DNA of 64,000 nucleotides from Patescibacteria group bacterium (GTDB lineage Bacteria; Patescibacteriota; Minisyncoccia; UBA6257; GWB1-50-10): NCBI GenBank assembly GCA_023474215.1, contig JAMCYI010000016.1, positions 8,265 to 72,264 of the forward strand, read 5' to 3'. Shown piece by piece: positions 57,522 to 64,000 of this stretch (position 1 is its first letter; each line of letters starts with the position of its first letter). The notes under the pieces were generated by a model. It saw only the letters and a program-made list of their open reading frames with translations, ran no database searches and was not told where the DNA came from. The position numbers and the translations under genes were made by a program.

Positions 57522-57812
57522 TCAATTCCTTACATCCACCGGCACTCCCTCGACAGCATTCTCTAAAAGTCTTAGCCAGTATTCTGCCTCCTTGGCCTCT
57601 TTTTTACAGATATGTATCTTGTTGATAAAGTCCTTTCGAGAGCTCGCCCCGTTCGCCTCCCGATAATTCGCCCCAACGCTCGTCCCGGCTCTCAAAAGTT
57701 GAGAAAGTATCGGGAACATAAGTGCATCCTTCCGATATCCCCTAACGAGCTTAACAAGACCCTCGGAGAATTGGGCAGTTCGTTCCTCTAAATCATAACC
57801 AGTTTTAGCCAT
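57522..57812 (-). CDS. four-helix-bundle protein (TIGR02436 / Avd family), copy 2
   Basis: GYDLEERTAQFSEGLVKL...SQLLRAGTSVGANYREANGASSRKDFINKIHICKKEAKEAEYWL; flanked by inverted arms 57395-57433 / 57833-57882. Confidence 0.75.
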   Translation of the reverse strand: MAKTGYDLEERTAQFSEGLVKLVRGYRKDALMFPILSQLLRAGTSVGANYREANGASSRKDFINKIHICKKEAKEAEYWLRLLENAVEGVPVDVRN

Positions 57813-57885
57813 TTAAAATTCGACAACTAAAATTTGATTAAAAATTAAAAATTTCGAATTTCAAATTGATTTCTAGCTCCGCTAG

Positions 57886-57960
57886 AAATTTGCATTGAAC
57901 CCGACGCCGGCGAAGCCGCCCCAGAGGCCGTCGAGGGTATTTATGTACGAATTCGACGTT
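57886..57960 (-). pseudogene. orphan 3'-terminal gene fragment (...LDGLWGGFAGVGFNANF*) homologous to the C-terminus of the giant gene at 58825
   Basis: DNA and protein alignment to 58825-58900 (...DGVGFNANF*); no upstream ORF. Confidence 0.5.
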
Positions 57961-58038
57961 CGCGGCAAACATGCTAAAATAATAGGAATAGAAAAACCTT
58001 ATCCCCAAACTTTACGAAGTCCAACTTCGTAAAAGACC

Positions 58039-58809
58039 ATGCTCAGGATCAAGCCATCCACGGGGAACATCTATCATATATACAACCGGGGGGTTGACAA
58101 GAGGAAAATTTTTCTTGACGAGGAGGACTACTTCCGGTTTATTCATGACCTCTTCGAATTCAATGATGAAGCGCCCGCAATAAACATCTACTATAAGGCG
58201 CCAAATTTCAAATCTTACGAAGTTGGACTTCGTAAGATTAGCCCTAAAGTCAAAAGAGAACCGAGGAAGCTGCTCGTGGAGCTTATGGCATTCTGTCTTA
58301 TGCCGAACCATTTCCATCTCATGGCGCGGCAATTAGGAGACAACGGCATAACAGAATTCATGAGAAAGCTTGGGGGTGGCTATACTAACTATTTCAACCT
58401 GAAGTATCACAGAACCGGATCTCTCATGCAGGGAAAATACAAGTTCGCACTCATTAAAAACGAGGCGCATTTTATCCATCTCCCCTATTACATCCATCTC
58501 AATCCTCTTGATATGGCGGCGCCTGAATGGAGAGAGAAAAAAATTGAGAACTACCGCAAGGCCATGAAGTTCCTCGAAAATTATCGCTGGAGTAGTTTCC
58601 AAGATTACATCGGGAAAAAGAATTTTCCATCAGTTACCCAGCGAGAATTTCTCACAGAGTTCTTTGATAGTCCCCAAAACTACAAGGTCACCATAGAACG
58701 ATGGCTCAAAGAATTGAATATGGAAATGGATCCCGATGAGGCAAAAACCGTATTTTTCGAAGACGATGAAGATAAGAAGAAACCAATCTTACGAAGTTGG
58801 ACTTCGTAA
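58039..58809 (+). mobile_element. RAYT/IS200-like Y1 HUH tyrosine transposase gene, copy B, flanked by inverted REP hairpins (family 2)
   Basis: IYHIYNRGVDKRKIF...MAFCLMPNHFHLMARQ (HUH)...YIHLNP; REP cttacgaagttggacttcgtaag at 58789-58811 and internally at 58213-58235, and its reverse complement at 58010-58032. Confidence 0.75.
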
Positions 58810-58824
58810 GATTGGGGATGGGGA

Positions 58825-61800
58825 TTAGAAGTTGGCGTTGAAGCCGACGCCGTCAAAGGTGCTTGAAAGCCCGTCATACACGAACTCGACATAGTCGGTC
58901 TTGTTAGCGGTTGTCGTGAGGGTCGGCGCGACGCCGCTTGACCAGCGGACATTCCCCGGCCATGTCACGAGCCTGCTCCCCGTCGCATCCTGTTTTAAGG
59001 CGAGTGTGTAGTGGCCGCCCGGCTGGCCGTTATTGAAGGTGAGTGCGATCGGTGATGCGCCGAGGACCAGCGTCTGGGTATTCCCATTCAGCCAATTAAT
59101 AGTCGTTGCCCCGGTTGCCGTTCCATTATCGTGTTCGATGGAATACATCGAACCGCCAACCGCCAAGTTGCCCGATTCAACCATCGATGCCTGTGTCAGA
59201 GATACCTGCGCCACCGTCGCCACGTAATTCGCGTTCTCCGCAGTCGTGAAGTTGTAGATAACCCACCCATCATGCCCTTGGTTCATCATCCTCACCCTGT
59301 TCGCATTGCCTGTTCCATACAAATCGTTACCGTAAACCTGAACCGCATACGCCCCGTAAGTTACGTTTGTGCTAAGCTGTGCGATACGTATGGCGGTAAA
59401 AGGCATATTGGCAAAGTCTGAATTTTGCAGCACAGTTATCTGCGCCCCGTTGCCATACTGGATCGAAGCAATAAACTTAATGACTTGGTGCTGAGAAGAT
59501 TGAGTGTTTTCGACAAGAAATTCACCATACCCCCTTCCTCCAGACAGATAACCAACCGTATACCAATTGGTAGTGGTGGATACGGTCGTCCATGCTCCGA
59601 TGGAAGAAAGAAAATTGCCGTCTTGTACAATATCGCCATTCAAGTTCGCCGCATAAGGCATTGTGTTGGCGGCGGGATCAAGGTAATAGTTTGTGTTGTC
59701 GCGATCGTAAAAGATTGAGGCTTGCACGTTTCCGTTCACATCAAGAGCGGTAGCGGCTGTCTGTCCAGTATTTATGCCCACATAATGATTTGAGCCACTG
59801 AACCAAGCAATATTTCCCCCTTCTCCATCGCCAACGTTAAAGTTACGGTATTGAGTCATACCATCAGCCAGACCCCGATAATTTATCCACATATCGTTTC
59901 CGGATGAATATCCACTGTTCAGCGTATTATAATTCGTGGGACTCACATATATTTGTCCGCCCAATAACGCTCCTCCCTCAACATCAAGCTTCATATTTCC
60001 AGCTGGACTCGCTGTTCCAATCCCGACGGTGCCGGAGATTTCTGCAAGGTATATGTTAGCGCTGGGATTAATATGAATAGGATACCAAGCATTTAGTGCT
60101 GCATTGTGTCCTCCTATATAAACGTTGCTGGTGTTATATTCTCCCAAAACTACGTATGCCGTAGCCCCACCAAATATTCCACGACCCGCCCAGCCAGTTG
60201 AATCTGCGCCAACCACCTGCAGGCCGACGGAATTAGACCCACTATTCACAGACAAGGGGTATCCAGGACTTGTCGTATCGATTCCAACATTGTAGCTCGT
60301 GCTGTTTGTATAAAGATTCGAACCGGAAAGCGTCCAGTAGCCAACGCTCGAACCGGAGCCGCCTGCTACGGCTGATTTCACGTAGGCAACAGTCGCAGCG
60401 TAGTTGTTGTTCACATCTGATGCGTTGGGAATAGCTATATCCCCATTCGCAACAAGGAGGCCACTATTTGAATCAGGAGCAGTTGAAGTGCCGATGCTCA
60501 CTTTTCCAGCATTGAAGTATGAGTTTGCACCAGTGTTACCGTTCAACTGAACCGTTATTGCTTGACCAGAGGGCGTTGAAGCACTGTTGTATAAATTGAG
60601 TTGGCCAGCGGCCGTTGCGTTGTTCGAGCCGCCGGGGTTGCCTATAATACTCGCGAGCGTAGAATTACCCACGCCCGATTGGAGTTGCCAGAAATACCCT
60701 TGACCGTAATTACCTATGTAATTGTAAACATTCGTGCTGCCGCCTGATCCCGTGGTTGAGAGATAATAATCCGCTCCACCGGTATGAGATGCTGCACTCA
60801 ACACAAGGTTGCCATTGACATCCAATGTTCCTCCGGGTCCAGTAGTCCCAATCCCAATGTTCCCGCCCGAGTCGAAGATGTCAATAGCTGGAGCGGAGAC
60901 ATCCGCAATATTCGCCTCGGATGTCAAAAGAGCGGCCGACCAGCCACCACCCCAACCACTCTGACTGCCGTAGCTGGCAATGAAATCCGAAACATCAATT
61001 GCTTCATAATTCCAAGGGGTTCCCGTTGTGCCGAGCAAGATAACATTTTTACTTAAAGAACTGTCATACGCCAAACGGACCGAAGAGAAAGGTGCCCGTC
61101 CGCTTATCTGAGCCGAGTAGTTGTACCATGCCGAGTTGGGTTGATAATTGTATCCTCCAACACGAGCTTCCCATGCCCCATTATTATTGGCGTAATCATA
61201 ACCCCGAATTGTCATTTGCATCATAGTGTTATTCCAACTGTTGGGCATGATGATTTCAAGAGTGCCAGTATGTGTACCGCCTCCCACGTAATAATGAAGG
61301 ACATTCCGGTAGTGCAGGATGCTTCCTCCGTTCGAGTCGAGCATCGGGCCGGTTACTTCAAGTTTTGCACCCGGAGCGGTGGTGCCGATCCCAACTGAGC
61401 CGTTCGCTTTTATGATCGCAATGCCGGCACCCGAGCTTGAGTCGAATCGTATGTCGTTCGCAACGACGGTGGATCCGATGTGAATAGTTTCGGTGGACGA
61501 ATCCTGCCCCATAAGCCAGTTGCCGGCAGCTCTCAATGCTTGATTCTGGGGAATATCTATCGAGCCGCCAGCGTTTAACGCGTACGGCATGATATTCCCG
61601 GACGGGTTCAGGTAGTAGTTCGTGTTCGCGCGGTCGTAGAGGACGGAACCCACATTGATGTTTCCGTTTACATCGAGGTTGGTGCCGGGGGAAGTGGTGC
61701 CAATTCCGACATAACCATTGTTGTTAAATGTTACCATCGGAGTTCCACCGACATAGCCATTCGCACTCGATCCATCCGTGAAAAAGTTGATTGGTGCTGA

Positions 61801-62283
61801 ATTGGTCACGATCCTAGTCCAAAATCCATTCCTAGTATTATAAAAACCTAAATCTGATACAGCGCTAGAGGTAGACAGCAGCACTCCCGAACTATCGGAA
61901 ATTCTGCCAACACTGATGTCGCCATTGACGGTCAACTCCGCCGTGGGGCTCCCTGTACCGATTCCCACCTTCCCGCTCGCTGTTGCTAAGGTTGTCTGAC
62001 CAGAAACAGTAAGCGTGGAGAAGCTGGCACCTGTACCACTACTACCGCTACTTGTAAGCACTGGAGAAGCGCTGTTCCCCGATGTGCAGAGCATCAGTTG
62101 ATTGTTCGAGAGCGAGTAATAGATCGTGCCGGTTGCATTGCACGTAAAACTCGACTGCGGTTGCAGTTCGAGCTGGGTGAGGTTTGCGGAGGCGATGTTC
62201 ACCAACGCAAAAAAAGCAATGGGGAGTGCAATCGGCAACAGCTTTTTTATCATTACCTTAATTATAGCAAAAGAGCCACCCAC
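58825..62283 (-). CDS. giant secreted protein with phage-tail-fibre-like repeats
   Basis: 1152 aa; signal/TM; recurring (V/I)GIGT(T/S)SP..(K/N)L(E/D)V.G(N/D) motifs (GKVGIGTGSPTAELTVNG, YVGIGTTSPGTNLDVNG, SVGIGTTAPGAKLEVTG, NIGIGTTGPGGTLDVNG, TVGIGTASPAGNMKLDV); ends GVGFNANF. Confidence 0.7.
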   Translation of the reverse strand: MGGSFAIIKVMIKKLLPIALPIAFFALVNIASANLTQLELQPQSSFTCNATGTIYYSLSNNQLMLCTSGNSASPVLTSSGSSGTGASFSTLTVSGQTTLATASGKVGIGTGSPTAELTVNGDISVGRISDSSGVLLSTSSAVSDLGFYNTRNGFWTRIVTNSAPINFFTDGSSANGYVGGTPMVTFNNNGYVGIGTTSPGTNLDVNGNINVGSVLYDRANTNYYLNPSGNIMPYALNAGGSIDIPQNQALRAAGNWLMGQDSSTETIHIGSTVVANDIRFDSSSGAGIAIIKANGSVGIGTTAPGAKLEVTGPMLDSNGGSILHYRNVLHYYVGGGTHTGTLEIIMPNSWNNTMMQMTIRGYDYANNNGAWEARVGGYNYQPNSAWYNYSAQISGRAPFSSVRLAYDSSLSKNVILLGTTGTPWNYEAIDVSDFIASYGSQSGWGGGWSAALLTSEANIADVSAPAIDIFDSGGNIGIGTTGPGGTLDVNGNLVLSAASHTGGADYYLSTTGSGGSTNVYNYIGNYGQGYFWQLQSGVGNSTLASIIGNPGGSNNATAAGQLNLYNSASTPSGQAITVQLNGNTGANSYFNAGKVSIGTSTAPDSNSGLLVANGDIAIPNASDVNNNYAATVAYVKSAVAGGSGSSVGYWTLSGSNLYTNSTSYNVGIDTTSPGYPLSVNSGSNSVGLQVVGADSTGWAGRGIFGGATAYVVLGEYNTSNVYIGGHNAALNAWYPIHINPSANIYLAEISGTVGIGTASPAGNMKLDVEGGALLGGQIYVSPTNYNTLNSGYSSGNDMWINYRGLADGMTQYRNFNVGDGEGGNIAWFSGSNHYVGINTGQTAATALDVNGNVQASIFYDRDNTNYYLDPAANTMPYAANLNGDIVQDGNFLSSIGAWTTVSTTTNWYTVGYLSGGRGYGEFLVENTQSSQHQVIKFIASIQYGNGAQITVLQNSDFANMPFTAIRIAQLSTNVTYGAYAVQVYGNDLYGTGNANRVRMMNQGHDGWVIYNFTTAENANYVATVAQVSLTQASMVESGNLAVGGSMYSIEHDNGTATGATTINWLNGNTQTLVLGASPIALTFNNGQPGGHYTLALKQDATGSRLVTWPGNVRWSSGVAPTLTTTANKTDYVEFVYDGLSSTFDGVGFNANF

Positions 62284-62337
62284 TCCGCTGCTCTTTATAT
62301 AAAGAGCGGCGTTTGATTGGATACCCGCACAAAATCC

Positions 62338-63078
62338 TTAACGCTCTTTTTTCTTCAGCGCTCCCATAATCCCCTTGTACAATCCCTTAAAAACGGCAAC
62401 GGCGAGTTTCACCGCAAATTTCACCGCTTGCTCAACAAGCTGATCGAAGCTTGCCTTAAACTCTTGCTGAACCTCTTTCCCCTTCTCCGACGAAAGCATA
62501 TCAAGCTCTTTCATGCGCTCCATTCGTTTCATCTGGGCCTCCAACGCCCCGATGCGCATTTCGAATGATTTGTTCCATTCCTCGCGCTCTTTGTCATCTT
62601 GCTCCGGCTCGGCATTCTTCATTTTCTCGAGATACCCCTTCAACCCTTCGGGAGAAACCTCAATGCCGAGAGCTTTCGCTCGTTCCACGAGATCGTCAAC
62701 AGATTTCTCGTACCCGGCGAAGCGTTCCTGAAATTCTTTTTGGGCTTCCAATTCCTCCGCATTTTCAGAAGAAGATTCAATATCCTTGAGCTTTCCGGCA
62801 AGCTCTGCCTTTTCATCTGGCTTCAAATCTTGAGCTTCTTTGGACAACGTCTCGGCGTCCTCGGGCGTCAAGGTACCAGCATCAATCCGCTCTTGTATCG
62901 TCTTACCGAGCTCAGCATCGAATTCGGATGCCTTTTTCTCGATCACCTCGGGAGAGGATTCTTCCTTCTCTTCGCGCTTTATCTCTCTTGTCTCCTCTTC
63001 ATTCTTTTCAATCTTTTCGACTTGTTCAGCAGGGAGAGTCTCCGTGTCCTTAGGTTCGGGAAACGATTCTGATTCCAT
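62338..63078 (-). CDS. Glu/Lys-rich coiled-coil hypothetical protein
   Basis: 246 aa; low-complexity charged coiled coil, hydrophobic C-terminus. Confidence 0.45.
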   Translation of the reverse strand: MESESFPEPKDTETLPAEQVEKIEKNEEETREIKREEKEESSPEVIEKKASEFDAELGKTIQERIDAGTLTPEDAETLSKEAQDLKPDEKAELAGKLKDIESSSENAEELEAQKEFQERFAGYEKSVDDLVERAKALGIEVSPEGLKGYLEKMKNAEPEQDDKEREEWNKSFEMRIGALEAQMKRMERMKELDMLSSEKGKEVQQEFKASFDQLVEQAVKFAVKLAVAVFKGLYKGIMGALKKKER

Positions 63079-63154
63079 GCGGGTATTATACTACGCCCCC
63101 AAGCAAGAGTAAAAAGATCACCGCTCTTGATATTAGGAGCAGCGAATTTCGATG

Positions 63155-63538
63155 CTAAATGATACTCGGGGCACCTTTATAACAACCAAGAAGCGGGCGC
63201 CGCTTGCGGGGCTTTCGGTTGTACGAATATATTCTTCTCCTCTTCGGATTTCTACCATAGCCGCGGTTTTCAAGGATATCCCTCACGTTGCTAATAGTGC
63301 TTTGAGAAATTTCTAAAAGATTCCGTATCTTCCGATAGCTCATCTTTCTTTCCAAGAGAATTCCAACAATAACTCTCCGCACAATTATTTCTTTCTCGCT
63401 TTCGTTCAAATACTTATCAAAGAAAGAAATAAGATCGCGTTCGGATCTCACGCGACTGACCTCTCGAAACAATATACCAACTGCCTCTTTTTCAAGCGGT
63501 AGTGGAAGTTTTCTCCTTGATTGAATGAGACGCGTCAT
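63155..63538 (-). CDS. TrpR/YerC-YecD-like small DNA-binding protein
   Basis: 127 aa; ISFFDKYLNESEKEIIVRRVIVGILLERKMSYRKIRNLLEISQSTISNV matches the Trp-repressor-like HTH family. Confidence 0.5.
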   Translation of the reverse strand: MTRLIQSRRKLPLPLEKEAVGILFREVSRVRSERDLISFFDKYLNESEKEIIVRRVIVGILLERKMSYRKIRNLLEISQSTISNVRDILENRGYGRNPKRRRIYSYNRKPRKRRPLLGCYKGAPSII

Positions 63539-63643
63539 TTCCCTATGCTCTTTATATTAAGAGCGGTGAGGGATAAGTACTTTTGCTGTTCCTAGTTATG
63601 GTTATTATAACAGAAGAAGGGGGTGTATACAGCCCCGGGGACA

Positions 63644-64000
63644 TCAAAACAAGGTGCCGCTGTACTCTACTCGAACTTTGGTGAGAAACGGTGAGGAATA
63701 CTGATCGCCTGCCTGTGCAGACGAGCCGGGAGAATTGAGAAGGATACGCCAGAAGATTTGATTGGTCGGAGTGGTAAACGCCACCTTGTTGCCCGGCGTC
63801 GCGGCAACCCAATTTACGCCGTCATTCGAAAGGTAAAAGGAAATGTCCCCAGCTCCGGAAGACAACCCGAGTTCCGATATGGTGGCTTGGCTTATCTTTA
63901 TCGGGAATCCGTTCAGATTTACGGAGTCAACTTCAAGCGGTTGCGATTCATCGAACCCTTCATCGGTGAATTGATAATAGGAAACAGTACTGGATGCATC
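63644..64000 (-). CDS. C-terminal part of a protein whose start lies beyond the window end
   Basis: Open frame from window edge to stop at 63644; S/T/G-rich. Confidence 0.3.
   Translation of the reverse strand, partial: DASSTVSYYQFTDEGFDESQPLEVDSVNLNGFPIKISQATISELGLSSGAGDISFYLSNDGVNWVAATPGNKVAFTTPTNQIFWRILLNSPGSSAQAGDQYSSPFLTKVRVEYSGTLF

Noticed and set aside
56400-62300. Diversity-generating retroelement around the Avd-like four-helix-bundle genes
   Set aside because: No reverse transcriptase ORF (no YxDD motif protein) anywhere in the window. The only repeat resembling a template/variable pair (57886-57960 vs 58825-58900) has substitutions at all four bases rather than adenine-specific ones, and it is better explained by a duplication linked to the transposase unit.

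Overview
The window reads as a compact Patescibacteria/CPR-like bacterial locus of about 50% GC, with almost every gene on the minus strand.

Main content, in coordinate order:
- The 5' ~980 nt of a 23S rRNA gene (1-980) and a complete 16S rRNA gene (10812-12272) lie on the same strand but about 9.8 kb apart. Between them sit pcm, tRNA-Trp, rpmG (L33), a SemiSWEET-like transporter, a tRNA split by a ~210-nt intervening sequence with a LAGLIDADG homing-endonuclease gene abutting it, and tRNA-Thr. The same interval holds a type IV pilus locus: a LamG-domain pilin, pilC, pilB, three tandem pilin paralogs and a CheY-like receiver.
- Downstream of the 16S: rpmE, L25/Ctc, a coiled-coil protein with a lytic-transglycosylase-like C-terminus, an RF1-like release factor that lacks domain 1, and a small methyltransferase.
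- A sparse central-carbon set follows: fba, a PfkB kinase, a split transketolase, pyrG, rpe, rpiB and gapA. An S8 subtilisin with a T9SS-type C-terminal sorting domain sits among them.
- Further on: DUF192, a TrmH/SpoU methyltransferase and a PolX polymerase.
- Three giant secreted proteins: one combining phospholipase-C-like, lamin-tail and cupredoxin-like domains; one Ser/Thr/Gly-rich with Fn3-like repeats; one with tail-fibre-like repeats. Small cupredoxin-like paralogs accompany them.
- A large glycosylation/polysaccharide cluster: a GT-C-like membrane protein, a Ppm1-like GT2, a GT4, two near-identical GT-B genes, four tandem GT8 paralogs, a GT2-DUF579 fusion, and a Wzm/Wzt ABC exporter.

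Accessory content:
- Two RAYT/IS200-like Y1 HUH transposase genes, each next to its own REP-like palindrome family.
- Two four-helix-bundle (Avd / 23S-IVS-protein family) genes, each carried inside an AT-rich inverted-repeat cassette, plus one gene-less copy of the cassette.
- A 114-bp structured repeat present as two inverted copies, each sitting in the loop of a different hairpin.
- AT-rich palindromic intergenic elements.

Not found: no CRISPR array and no reverse transcriptase.
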